Below are positions 30,251 to 43,990 of a stretch of 64,000 bases of DNA, one piece after another (the stretch's first letter is position 1; each line of letters opens with the position of its first letter). The notes under the pieces are model-generated. The model did not search any database. It saw nothing but the letters and a program-made list of their open reading frames with translations, and was not told the origin of the DNA. This DNA is from the human T2T-CHM13v2.0 reference genome, Homo sapiens: the NCBI RefSeq assembly GCF_009914755.1, contig NC_060936.1; one strand, written 5' to 3'. The translations under genes were made by a program, and so were the position numbers.

Positions 30251-32377
30251 TTACTGTTTTTAATTTTTATTCTTTGTGGGTACATAGTAGATGCGTATGT
30301 TTATGGGGTAGATGAGATATTTTGGTATAACCATGCAATGCATAATAATCACAACCTGGAAAATTTGATATTCATCCCCTCAAACATTTTTCCTTGTGTT
30401 AAAAACAATCTCATTGTACTTGTTTAGTTATTTTAAAAAAATGTAGAATTAAATTATTAAATATAGTCACATCTTTGTGCTATGAAATACTAGGTCTTAT
30501 TTATTCTTTCTATTTTATTTTTGTACTTATTAACCATCCACACCTCCCCCACCTCCCCTGTACTCCCCTTCCCTGCCTCTGGTAATCATCCTTCTACTCT
30601 CACTCTTCATGAATTCAACTGTTTTCTATACTCATAGAGATACCACCTTAATGGTCCTGGATAAGATCCAGAAGAATTCTTTGGATGACCAGACAGTGAC
30701 ACTTGTTATTTTATCTTACTTTCTCCCAAACAAACAGAGTCTCTCTCTCTGTGTGCTAAGCCACCTGGAACTGAGGATGTGGTGATGCAAGCACCCCTGA
30801 GGCTGCCACGACTGGCACTGTGCTAGGTCAGACCTGAAGCTAGCACAACAGTAAGCCTTGTCCAAGGCCCTTCCCTTCAGGGCGGCAAGCTCCCCCAGAC
30901 CCTGGGAGTGTCCAGAGATGCTGTCTGGGACCCAGAGACTGCAGTAAAAAACATGAACAATTTACCTGATGTTCTATTCTAGTGTGGCTAACCTGGCACT
31001 CAAACCACAATACAAAGTCCTTTCTGCTCTTCCCTCCACTTCCTATAGGCAGAAAAGCCTCTTCCTGTGGCCCCTACCACCTCCAGTCCACAGTGAATTC
31101 TACCAGACCACCACCAACGTTCACATAAAGCCCGCGGACTCTTCCATCAGATTTTGGTGAATGCTGCCAAAACTGGGACTGACCCTTCAGGGCATTGGGC
31201 TGCTCTTTGGCCCAGGGAAGGTCTGGAAATTTACCTAAGAGACCGGGCCTGGACTCAGGGACCCCAAAAGCCTGCTAATTTCTCTACCCTACTGTGGTCA
31301 AGCTGGTACCAAAGGTGCAAGAAAAAGTCCCCTTTACTTTTCCTTCCACTTTTCTCCAACAGAAAGAGTCTTTGACCATACCCAGCACAACTGGGATTGT
31401 GCTGGGTCACCCTAAACCCAGCAGATGTAAGAGCCCAAGGCCCACAGTGTACTCCCTGGGAATTGCTGCTGGTTTTTCAGGGCCAAAGCGCTCTTCAGTC
31501 AGCAGGTGATGACTCCTGTTAGAACTGGTTCCTTCCCTTCAAGGCAGTGGGCCAGGATGTATGTAGAAATGTGTAGTCTGGAAGCTAGGGCCTCACCAAT
31601 CTGCCTGGTGCCCTATACTACTGTGGCTGAGCTGACATCCAAGATGTAAGACAAAGTTCTCTTTACTCTTTGCTCTCCTCTTTTTAAGCAGTGGGAAGGA
31701 GTCACTTTCATTTCTGTGAGCTGCACTGCCTTGGGTTGTGGGAGGGATGGCACAAGCACTCCCTTAGCTATCCCCAGCTGGTAACTTCCTAGGTCACATG
31801 CCACCCTAGTCAACTGGCTCTGAGCCCAGCCCAACACTAGGAGTTGCCTAGGAATTGCAGGTTTTGTGTCCTACACTGGCTTTCAAGTTTACTTTGGACC
31901 CCAGAGCTCTTTAGCCCATAGTGGCAAGGCTTGCCAAGAAATCAAGTTCTGACTGCTGGGACTGGCAATTCCTCTCTGACTAGAGCTCGTGTTACTGCTT
32001 CCTCCATGTGTGGATGCTGACTGAGCCCAGGACAGCATTATTCTCCTCTGTGACCAGGGAAGCACTGAGTTCAATATAAAGACCCCCAGAAGCTGGGCCC
32101 TGCCTCCCCAAAATGCACAGATTCTCTTTCTGTGCTGCACAGCTGCTGCCAGGGTATGGGGGAGGGGTGGCATCAGTAATTCAAAACTGTCTCTCCTGCC
32201 CTCCTCAATGCCTCTTTTAAGGATATGAAGTTAAAACAAGATGCTGTGGTTGCTCACTTGGTTTTTGGCTCTAGTGATAGTGTCTCTCTTTGTGCAGATA
32301 GTTGTTAAAATTTGATGTTCCAGTTGGGTAGATAAATGGTGTAGGCTTCTATTCTACCACCTTGCTTTGCCCTCCCC
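30251..32377 (-). mobile_element. L1MA element with both termini but most of ORF1/ORF2 missing (3' end 30251-~30630 joined to 5'UTR ~30630-32377)
   Basis: L1MA 3' end TTTGTGGGTACATAGTAG...CCTCTGGTAATCATCCTTCTAC, then GC-richer L1M 5'UTR ending GTAGGCTTCTATTCTACCACCTTGCT. TSD TGCAATTTTAAATTTT (30235-30250) vs TGCAGTTTTTAATTTT (32378-32393). Confidence 0.78.
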
Positions 32378-32511
32378 TGCAGTTTTTAATTTTATTCACT
32401 ACCCCCTAGTTATTAATTTTATAGTCACCTTCTCCTTAAGAGTATGTTCCTTTCTTATTTTTAAAAATTAGTCACACCCCTTTAAAGGTTTTAATGTTCT
32501 AGTTTCACATT

Positions 32512-32869
32512 TGTATTCATCCGTTCTCATGCCGCTAATAAAGGCATACCCAAGACTGGGTAATTTATGAAGAAAAGGAGGTTTAATGGACTTAGTTCCA
32601 CTTGGCTGGGGAGGCCTCACAATCATGGCAGAAGGTGAAGGAGGAGCAAAGCCTTACATGGTGACAGACAAGAGAGCATGTGCAGGAGAACTCTCCTTTA
32701 TAAAACCATCAGATCTTGTAAGACTTATTTACTATCATGAGAACAACACGGGAAAGACCCACCCTTATGATTCAATTACCTCCCACCGGGTCCCTCCCAT
32801 GACACGTGAGAATTATAGGAGTTACAATTCAAGATGAGATTTAGGTGGGGACACAGCCAAACCATATCA
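32512..32869 (-). mobile_element. THE1 solo LTR (MaLR)
   Basis: TGTATT...CAGCCAAACCATATCA; 5-bp TSD ACATT at 32507-32511 and 32870-32874. Confidence 0.93.
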
Positions 32870-33199
32870 ACATTTAAGTCTTTACTGTTCCTAAATTAAT
32901 TTTTCTGTATAATATGAATGAGAGTAATTTTTTTCCATTTGAATAAATTGTTCCAGCATTATTTATGGAATAATCCAGTCTTACACAGATAACAATGCTG
33001 CTTGATTTACATATATTCATAAAATTCCATACTGTTCCCAATGGTCTATTTGTCTTTTCCTGCATTGAGAATACAGTATCTTAATCATTGCAGCTTTAAA
33101 CTCATTCTTGACCTCCAGTAGAACAACTCCTTCCACCTCATTATTCAAAATTGTGCTGACTCTTCTTGGTTCTTTCTTCACTCTTTCATATAAAGTTAG

Positions 33200-33553
<354 letters not shown>

Positions 33554-33737
33554 TCTGTTGGAATTTTAACTGGGATTGCATTGAATTTATAGACAATTTT
33601 GAGGAAGTATCAACATCACTCTGTTATTGTAACTTAATTCATGAACACTCTCTCTACATATACATACACACACTGGTTGTTTTTTTCTTTTTATATTTTC
33701 AATGTTTTATAATTTTCTCCAGAATGATTTTGCTGCT

Positions 33738-34022
<285 letters not shown>

Positions 34023-34409
34023 TGCCCCTCTTTAATTAAAAATAAGAGGTAACATTGTTTTTGTTCCATTGAGACTGGAATTTTTATTTTCTGTTTACTT
34101 TTTCTTATTATTATTGGTGCCTGAAAAACCCTTTTAATAATTTGTCCATAGATGCTATTTTAAGTTCTACATAGATAAGCATGTCTTCAAATAGGCATGT
34201 TGTTATTGTTTTCTTTCCAATTCTTACCTCTCATATCTTTTCTTGACTCTACTAAGGACTTCATAGTTTTTAACTGTAAGCACAATCTCATCATCTTCCT
34301 GACTCTAAGGAAACCTCTAAAATTTAATAATCGATTGGTATTGTTTGCCAAGTTCCCTTTTTCTTTTTTATTTATTTTTTGTTCTTTTTTATTTTTCTAG
34401 TTCCCTTTT

Positions 34410-36246
34410 TCTTTTTTTTTTTTTTTTCAGAAAACTAACTTTAAGATTTATTTTTCTAACTTTTTTTCAAGAGGGAAAACAACACACTCCTTGGGGAAAG
34501 GTGAGGGGTTGAAAAGACAGGCCCTGGGTAAAAATTCTTATGCCAGCACCTGGAGTTGACAGGCCTGCCTAGGAGAGAACACAGGCACTGCCACACCACC
34601 ACAGGGAACAGCTGCTGTCTGGGGTCAGCAGACCAGTTCACACGCCACACAAGGTTGCTATAGATCCAAGTCATAAAAATCTTCCAGCTCCTCATGAAAC
34701 AAGTCGCTCTCATCTTCAGAGTCTGTTAGTTCATCGTCCCCAACTGCAGCCAAAAGCATAAGCAACAACTCACCCAGCTCAAAGGTGACAACCTCTTCTT
34801 CATCGTTGTCAAAGGGGCTGCTGTTCTCTCTTTCCTCAATGAGTTCCCAGAAGTGGTTCCTTCATTGGGCCGGGTATCTGCTTGATGTTCCCACCTTCTG
34901 TCTCTGTGGCTCCTCTCTATGGCCATCAGGGTACACATGCTTATAAAAACCGTTCCCTCCAAACGGGCAGCTCCCATGTCCTTCATCAAAATACCTGCAC
35001 GCCTTGTTGCTCATTGCCTCCTTGTATTTCAGAATGAGTTTCTGCTTCTCTTCTTTCTCCTCCACACAGTACTCACTTGGAACGACAAAGTTAGATGTGA
35101 TCCGACATTCTGGGCAGGACTTTATGATCTTGCTCTCAAACTGCTTAGCACTCCTCCACTTGCGAATGCACTTAAGACAGTAGGTGTGGTTGCAGTTGGA
35201 GAGGATCCCGAAGCGGTGCTGTCTGGGGTTGGCTTTCTCATAGATCATCTCCATGCAGCTCTCACACACCATTTCCTCGCTGCGCTGCACAGCAAATGAG
35301 AGCTCCCTGTCTTTCTCATGGGCCTCAAAGCATGATTTTATATGCTGTGATCTCTGGGCAGCATCCATCAGATGCAGGACCTGCAGCCACACATGTCACA
35401 CGAATCTCCATATACACACAAGTTCTCCCGATATCGGCACTCTCCCACTGCAGCATAGGGGCACAGCTGCTTCTTTGTTTCCACAGCAGTTTGCTCTTTC
35501 TCTGATTCTTCCTTGGTCACTGAGCCCTGCAGGGGTGCTTCAGTGCAGGAAGGTGCAGTGCGGCCACAGTAGGGTTGCCCAGGAACAAACTCAACAGCAT
35601 TCACCCAGCCCTCTGAACCTGCTCCTACAGTTACAAAGTTTGAATTTCTTGACTCAGCTTCACCCGTATTCATTTCAACAAGTGGTCCGACTATCCATGA
35701 GAGACTTGAGGAAGCAGCAAGGGATGACTTTGTAGTTAGCTCTGTAGCAGTTGCTTCTTTCTGTTTCAATGGCTTGCTATGTTCATATCTGCAGCAGTCT
35801 CCATAAATACAGTACCCTGGCTGCAAACTCTTGTACACTACATTATACGGACTGTCAGAGAGGTCATGCAACTTGCAACAGTTATCTCCTTCCTTATAAA
35901 CCCCATGCATAAAATACCTGCAGGTGACCTGTTTAGTCCAGCTGCCGCCGCTGCCATCGCTGCCGCGGCCCCCTCGCCTGCCCCCTGGGGACAGAATGGT
36001 GACTGTGGGGATCCTGGTAGGGGAGGCCGCTGCTGCCGCCGCCGCTGCCGCCACTGCCGCCCCTGATGTTGTGGCTGTTGGTCTGAGAGCTGCAGCCTCC
36101 GCCATTACTGTTTATCCCACACAGAAAAGGCCCCGGAACTTCCGGGATCACATAGTTCCGGTCCAGCTGCTGGGAGAAGACTGAGAGGCCCGGCGAAGGG
36201 AGGGGTAGGACACTGAGGCACCCGCTCAGTCCCTGCCTGCTCCACG
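34410..36246 (-). pseudogene. MKRN1: Processed MKRN1 (makorin-1) pseudogene; CDS relic 34658-36105 (probably MKRN9P)
   Basis: Intronless MAEAAA...WTKQVTCRYFMHG...RING ([11 protein letters not shown]...CPECR)...FYDLDL*. Frameshift near 35390, nonsense TGA at 34862-34864, C3H-finger Cys->Tyr changes. AATAAA at 34447-34452, poly(A) at 34410-34427, TSD TCTAGTTCCC(T/C)TTT at 34396-34409 and 36247-36260. Confidence 0.96.
35940..36246 (-). promoter_or_regulatory. CpG-rich 5' end of the retrocopy with palindromic ETS-type site
   Basis: Retained CpGs and (GCC)n. CCCGGAACTTCCGGG at 36132-36146 contains CCGGAAGT on the minus strand. Confidence 0.45.
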
Positions 36247-36260
36247 TCTAGTTCCCCTTT

Positions 36261-38530
36261 GCTAAATGCAAGTTTGCTAAAGGTTTTTATCCTGTATGGT
36301 AAACTTCATCAAATGCGTTTTCTGCATCCATCAAGATGTTTATTTCCTAATCTTCTTCAACCTATTAATGTAACATCTTTAACTATAACCCATCCATAAA
36401 TTCCTAAGATAAACACCTACATAGTATGATCTATGTAGTATATTTCCTTTGAAAACTGCTGAATTCATTTGCCAATATTTTCTACAGAAATCATAGGAGA
36501 ATTTAGTCTATAGTATTTTTTTCTGATCTGTATGTTATATGAAGATCACATTTGTCTACATTCTCTATTTTTAAAATATTTTTATATAAGATCAGGATTA
36601 TCTGTTCTTAGAATGACTGGTAGAAAATATTTTGTAACACAGGTTCGTATTAAGATAGCTAGGAAGGATAGATGGATGATAGGCTTGAGCAGAGGGATTT
36701 TGATTAATAATTCATTTCTTCAATGTTTGATGATTTATTGACATTTCATGTATTCTTGAATCAATTTTTGTAATATTTTTCTACAAAATATCAATTTTAC
36801 CTAGGTTTTCAAATGTTCGTACTATTCTCATTCTTTTTTAACCTGTACTATATCTGTAATTATATCCCTCTTCTTTGTGCTTCACAGTTTTATACCTCAA
36901 TCTTTTTAATGGCTTATTAAAAATTTTTTTGTTTAGTTTTCCTTTTTATAGACTGCTTTTATAGAACAGTTTTTGTTCCTGTTTAACCCTATATTTCTGT
37001 TTTTTTTTGTTTTGCTAATCTCTACTCTCACTTTTATTGTTTCCTTTAAGCTACTTTCCTTAGGCTTATTCTATTGCTTTTCCCCAGCTTCTTAAATTGC
37101 ATGTGTAACATATATCTTCACTCTTTCATGTCTTTTCTTTGCTGGAACTCATACATTTTGGCATATAGCAATTACCTTTAAGTTCAGTTCTAAATACTTT
37201 TAAATTTTCATTGAGATGTAAACAAAAAGCTGCTAAGAAGTGCAGTTTATCCCCAAACATATAGTTTTGTTTGTTGTAAAATCGCATTTCATCAATAAAT
37301 CCTGATTTCACTTTTTTTCTGATGAGAGTATGTGGACAGTTATTTAAACGTGTTTTACAAACTAATATGTAGTCAATTTTTGTAACTGTTGCATAGTACT
37401 TGGGAAAATATTTTTTACATGTGTTAGGTATATGTTCTAATAACTAACTGATATGGTTAGGCTTTGTGCCCCTACCCAAATCTCATCTTGAATTGTAATC
37501 CCATAATCCCCATAATACCCATGCGCGTGTCAAGGGAGAGACCAGGTGGAGGTAACTGAATCATGGAAGGCAGTTTCCCCCATGCTGTTCTCATGATATG
37601 AGTTCTCACAGATCTGATGGTTTTATAAGGGGCTCTTACCCTTTCGCATGGCACTTCTCCTTCCTGCTTCTTTGTGAAGAAGGTGCTTGCTTCCTCTTTG
37701 CCTTCCATGGCGATTGTAAGTTTCCTGAGGCCTCCCCAGCCTTGCTGAACTGTGAGTCAATTAAACCTCTTTCCTTTATAAATTACACAGTCTCAAGCAA
37801 TTCTTTATAGCATATTAAAACAGACTAAAACACTAACTCATAGTTGTATTTTGCTAATTTGGCAACTAAACTATTCTAGTCTTGCAACAGCTTTTCTTTC
37901 TTGTTTCATCAAATGGTTTTTGATAAATTTGTACTAAAACCTCTCCTTTTTCTTCTTTTAATTTTACATCTTTTCTGAGTGGCTACTGAGAATTTTATAA
38001 ATTTTTATAACAAGGTATCTAATAATATTAAATATCTCTTTCTCCTAAATATCATAAAGGTTTTAGTAAACTTTACCCAATCAAATACAACCATTATTTT
38101 ATGGTTTAAGTTTTATTTTTACTCTTTTTAAGCATAAAATGTTGTATTGTTGTTCATTTAAATTTAAGTAACATACTTCATCATTTTGGGTGATTGTGTT
38201 ATTACTTTATTACATACCTTGCCTCTGAGTTTTCTTTTCCCATGCTGATGCTAAAATAATCCTTAAACATTCTGTGAAGGTCTAGAGATGGTATACTCTT
38301 TTAATATTTACAAGTCTGAAAAGTAACTTTATTTCACCTTCACTCTCAAATAATAATTTAGCTGGGCATATTATTAAGGGGTGATCGCCATTTTTCCTAA
38401 ACATATTGACTATATATCTTCACTCTTTTTTCAGTCTTATACTGTCCCTGCTGAGAAATTTGATAAATTTTTTACTCCCATATAGGTAATCTGTCACTTT
38501 GCTCTCATAGCTTTTAAAATTCTAGAAGGT
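36261..38530 (-). mobile_element. Old L1ME-type fragments (host of the MKRN1 retrocopy and THE1 LTR)
   Basis: AGTTTGCTAAAGGTTTTTATC, TCAAATGCGTTTTCTGCATC, TGCTGAATTCATTTGCCAATATTT, TTTATTTCACCTTCACTCTCAAA. Confidence 0.7.
37449..37832 (+). mobile_element. THE1D-like solo LTR
   Basis: TGATATGGTTAGGCTTTGTGCCCCTACCCAAATCTC...ACTAAAACA; TSD CTAAC at 37444-37448 and 37833-37837. Confidence 0.93.
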
Positions 38531-38999
38531 TACCTTTCCTTTCCCCCACGTGTCTACCATCAACTATAAAAATCAACTATAAAGGGAATTTTGATGGAGG
38601 GAAACAGACTACAAGATTCAAACTTTTATACTTGTATTTAATAATAAGATCCAACCTGAGTCAAAACATCCCAATTTACTTAATAAATAATTATGGAGTA
38701 TTATATTTGCCAGACAAGCAGCTAGGTATAGGATATACTATGTCTGACATGGTTTATCAAGATACATGGAGGCAGAGGCATAGGCACACAGCAATTACAT
38801 TTTATGGTCCTGAATGGCAAGGTTAGCATACACCATTCGTTTCTTTAATATTGTTTTGTTGAATAATTCTTATCTTCAATTTAAACATTTTTGACTTATT
38901 TATATTATGTGATAAGGTTTACCACGAAAGCTCTGACTTAATTTGGCCTAAGAAAAAATTGATGTATGTATGAATAAATCCAAGAGTCCCTGTAACTTA

Positions 39000-40995
39000 T
39001 TTATTTATTTTGCAGCTTTATTAAGGTATAATTGACAAATACTATTATAAATATCTATGATATACAACATGATGTTTTGATATGTGTATACACTTTGAAA
39101 TGATTACCATAATCTTGCTAAACTAACATATCCATCACCTCACATAGTTATCTTTGTTTTTTTTTGTGTGTGTGTGTGTGTGTGTATGTGGTGAAAACAT
39201 TTAAGATACACTCTTAGTAAATTTCAAGTGTCTAATACACTATTATTAACTATAGTCACCATATTGTACATTAGATCTCTAGAATTTATTCATCCTATCT
39301 AACTAATCTTAACTAATTTTGAAACAAAATGTCCCCATTTCTTCAACTCCCTTGCCCCTGACAACCAACATTCCACTCTGCTTCTATGCTTCCCCACATG
39401 TAAGTAAGATCATGCAGTATTTGCCTTTCTTGCCTGGCTTGTTTTACTTAGCATGATGTCCTCTAGAATCACCCACCTTGTCACAAATGTCGGGATTTTT
39501 TTCTCTTTTAAGGTTGAATATTATTCCATTATTCATATGTATCACCTTTTCTTTATCTACTTGTTAATGAACACTTAGGTCGTTTCCATATCTTGGCTAT
39601 TCTTAATAGTGCTGCCATAAACATGGGAGTACAGATATCTCTTTGATGTACAGATTTTATTCCCTTCTGGTATATATACAGTAGTGAAATTGCTGGATTA
39701 TAGATATGATAGTTCTATTTTTAACATTTTTTTAGAAACCTCCATACTATTTTCTATAATAGCTATAAAAATTAACATTCCTAACAACAATGTACAAGGA
39801 TTTCTATTTTTTTATATTCTGACCACATATGCTTTTGTCTGTCTTTTTGATAATAGTAATTCTAGCAGATGTGAGGTAAAATCTCATTATGGTTTTTTAT
39901 TTTCATTTCCCTTATGATTAGTGATATTGAATGTTTTTTCATATACCTGTTGGCCATTTGTATGTCTTCTTTTGAGAAATGTCCAATCAGATTCTTTCTC
40001 CAGTTTTTAATTAGATTATTTTTTCTTCTTATTGAGTTGATTGAGTTTCTTATATACCTACTTATTAACCTGTCATCAGATTACAGTTTACAACATGGTT
40101 CTTCTTAAATTCTGTAGGTTGTTTCTTTATTCTCTCAATTGCTTCCTTTGTTGTCCAGAAGCTTTTTAGTTTGAGGCAATCTCACTTGTTTATTTTTGCT
40201 TTTGTTGTCTGTGCTTTGGGGATTATATTAAAAAATTATGGCACAGACCAATGTCAAGAGGCTTTTTCTTATATTTAAGTCTTTAATCAAATAGCATGGT
40301 GCTGACATTTAAAACACACACACATATAGACCAACTAAACAGATTAGAGACCCCAGAAATAAATCCATCTATTTATGATCGATTGATTTTCATTAAAAAT
40401 GTCAAGAACACACAACAGGGAAAGGACAGTCTCTTCAATAAACTGTGTTGGGAAAACTGGATATCCACATGCAGAAGAATAAAATTGGACCTTTATCTCA
40501 AACTACACACAAAAATCAACACAAAATGGATTAAAAACTTAAACATAAGATGTGAAATGTAAGATTCAAAAACTACTAGAGGAAAGTATGCAGCCCGGAT
40601 CTACTGGGGCAAGCCTGGATCCTAAATTCACTAGAATATGAGGCCTTGGGGGCTGGCCTGGTACCAGGGTTCACTGGGGCAGGTCTGGTGCTGGAGTCCA
40701 CAGCAAAGTTAGGTGCTCACTTTAATCTTCTTTTCCCACACAAAGGGTATCTCTCTCTCTCTGTCTCCATGCTATACTGCCTGGGCTTAGGGGAGAGGTG
40801 ACATACATAATGTGATACTATCTTTCCTAATCTCTTAATGCGTCTTATTTCTGTGCTCCATCCAGGTGCTGTAATAGCTCACCTGGATTTCTTAGTTCAT
40901 GTGAAGGTATTTTTGTGCACAGATAGTTATTCAAATTTATGTTTCTATGAGGGGGCGAGTGCTGGAAGTTCTATCCACCATCTTGCTGACGTCTC
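39000..40995 (-). mobile_element. L1MA8/9-like element in three parts: 3' end (-, 39000-~40288), inverted ORF2 piece (+, ~40289-40590), L1M 5'-end piece (-, ~40590-40995)
   Basis: CAGCTTTATTAAGGTATAATTGACAAAT 3' terminus; + [18 protein letters not shown]...[14 protein letters not shown]; 5'-end motif GTGCACAGATAGTTATTCAAATT...CCACCATCTTGCTGACGTC. Confidence 0.8.
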
Positions 40996-43990
40996 CTATG
41001 AGGTGATTTTTTTTTTTTAAAAAAAAAAGCTCTCAAACAAACCAGCATTTTCTCTAAAATCATTCTGACTGATTATATTAAACACAGTTTAAGGTGAAGG
41101 CCCAGCCCATGAGCCACAGACACATAGAACTGCTCTCATATCTATGGAGCTGGGACCATAGAGCCAAATGATGCTGATGTAGCTCCAATTATCTTAGCCT
41201 CAGCTGTGTGTACTTAAGGAGGACATTTGACACAAATGAGGCAAATGAGGTTCTTATCTCCAAATGTGAATTCTAGTCCTAAACACTGCTTATCTCCTAC
41301 TGCCAATTCTAACTGAAAGCATGTAAACTTGACACCTATGAAGAGGTCACATTTTTCCTTTATACAGAAAAGCAGAGAAAATTGGCCTATAGACACACAG
41401 AGAATCAAACATAGGAGATCATACAGCCTCTGAAAGAAAGCCCCAGAAGAAAATACTTGCCTTAGTTACTCTAGGACTTCCAGTAAATTGTCCCAGTCCC
41501 TCATCAGGTCAACAAACCATCTTGCCTTTCAGGTTGTGACAGAGCTCTTTAAGATATTTATGTATTTTATGTAATGCAATTTAAGTAGATGTCTGCTATT
41601 GTCAATCTGAAGGGGCATAAATATATGCCCATTTAGTCTACATAATTTTTCATAATAAAGTTCATTGATATTATTGATTTCCTAACAGCACTATAATGCC
41701 TTGAGTTTATTCTGTATTTAGAGAACTCCATGCAAATTTCCCAAAGTGCTATATGAAGACACATCACTGAAGAAATATCTTCTACTCTCAGGGACGTTAC
41801 AGTCTAATAAGTGATTGAATTAAATATGAAGAAAAACAAAATATTTTAAGAAGTATGTAAACTTTTCTCTGTAAGCATCAGCATTCCTAGTGCTCATATT
41901 TTCCTAAAAAATTTATTTGCCCAAATTAAATTAAAGATTCTAGCCAACTTAATACATTATTTGTGAGAGCTTTTTCGATGAAGAAGAAAATAAGATACAT
42001 TTTTGTTAATTCAAAATAATGTCTCCTTTACTCTGAACATCATACTTCTGTCAAAAGCTATTTATTTATATGTACCCTCTTAGTTAGCAATAAGAATAAT
42101 ACCATGAGTAAATTACTTGGCAGACGAAGACTTTGAGACCCAGTAAGGTTAGGTGGGTCTCTAAAATAGGAGACCAAGTATAAAAAAGAAGACTTAAAAT
42201 ATTTTCAAGAAGTCCTTGAGATAATTTTTTCTTCTCTATATTTAAATAATAAAATGAATCACAACACAGAATATGTGGTATCTATTACATAATGTTTCCT
42301 CTTTTAAAAGTATGTATATTTTACTAAAACCTCGTGATTTATGACTGCAATAGTATATCAAAATTCACCTAGCAAGGAAGCTTCTAGAAATCACATAGAA
42401 GAGTTGCCAAAGCTTAAGCTTAATTTTTAATTTTCAATTTTAAGTTATTTTTGAAAAGTGTAAGTAGGAAAACATGTAAGTTTTTAAAAGCCATAGAATT
42501 CCTAAAATGATTAAATAGTATTAGGCCAGCCATTGGCAATAACCAAAGGCAAAGAAAGAGGTATGCTAATAGATTCATAAAGCAAACAGTAAAGTCAAAA
42601 CATTTTATGAATCAGTATCTCTAGTCTCTACTAAGGAAGTATCAAAGAGTTAGGCTGACAAAGAAATACAGAGAACAAGTAGATTTCCTAGAAATCTGGA
42701 AGCCTAAGACTTGGACAAGAAGAAGCAGGTCAGCCTGAAGGGGATCTTGAAAACAAGAAAAGGCTCCAGCAAAAAGAGAGAGAAACAAAGCAAAGAGCCA
42801 GAAGAATAAAAATGGACAGAAGCTGATAGAGCAGGTTTTGCATGAAGCATCTTTTCTCTGCTTATTAGGATCTTCCGAAGAAAAGAGCAAATGGCTTTCA
42901 GGCAAAGCTTGAGAAGCCAAAGGTTATTAATTCTCTGCTTTATAAGCTATACTCTCATCCTTTTCTTCAAAGGCCTAACATCTGTGTCACTTTTTTTAAA
43001 TCTAAAGACTCTACAAATTCTGCAAAGGTGTCCAAACCAACTCATTAAGGATGAAATTATTTTGTGTGAGTAGAACTTCACTGTAGACTATCAAAGTAAT
43101 GTGAAGGCAAGTGAAAAAAGTGTATACCTAGTGGCTTTTCTTTTTTTCCCATACTGGGGTGAGGAAACTTTTTTCAAATCCACAACCAACTGTGATCTAG
43201 CAGCTAATATTTGGTTTACGGTATGGTGGGAGAGATCCATTTTATAGACATTACTGTCTACTATAGGGAATACAGGATTATTTTTCTTCTTAGAAATGTC
43301 AGTTTCTCAGCTTCTTGAGGCTGCTTTGAATTCCCTTAGCTTCTGCAGTGATACTGGTGTTGTTTATTCTTCCTTAACAGGGAGGGAAAAGGGCAAGGAC
43401 ACACAATGGTCCCCAAGAGTCCTTGTAATTGCGTCTGCAAACAAAGACCAGTTTGCTCAGTTTCCTCACCTGGGTACCCTCCCACCAGGTCAGCTAGGAG
43501 TTAAACTAACTCCAAGCATTGTCCCTCCATATTGCCTTTACCAAAGTCAGACGGTCAGGGACTTGAGATCTCATGAGAATTGCTTCCTCAGATCACTGAT
43601 ATTGACATTAAATAACATATTTGCTCTTTTGAAAAGGGGGAATTTTTTATATTTCTTATTACCATCTGAAGATCTATTCCTAATCTTATACTTGAAAAGG
43701 ATGTTTATTGTGCCAATTAGTCAGACAAGTTGTGAAGCTAAACATTTACCTTTGGTAATACATGACCTTCTTAAACTGGATTCCATGAGAAAATTAGCTC
43801 AGTTGGAGATTATTTGATTGGCTATTTTCTCAGTTTTCCAGTTTCACATACCACCATACCACATGCATAGGAGAAAAGAGAGTTCATGACATATAATAAG
43901 TGCATTGGGGCAATAGGGTTTAATTCTCCCACAGAATCCCTTTGGAGAAAGCCTGCATAAAGCCTCAATGTTCACATGATTTTCAAGAAC

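Noticed and set aside
41214-41408. Cys-rich minus ORF after a pyrimidine tract
   Set aside because: Cys spacing fits no domain I recognise and there is no convincing donor; worth including only in a cross-species search.
43296-43817. 173-aa plus-strand ORF
   Set aside because: No recognisable protein similarity; better explained as chance or as the antisense shadow of a minus-strand relic exon.
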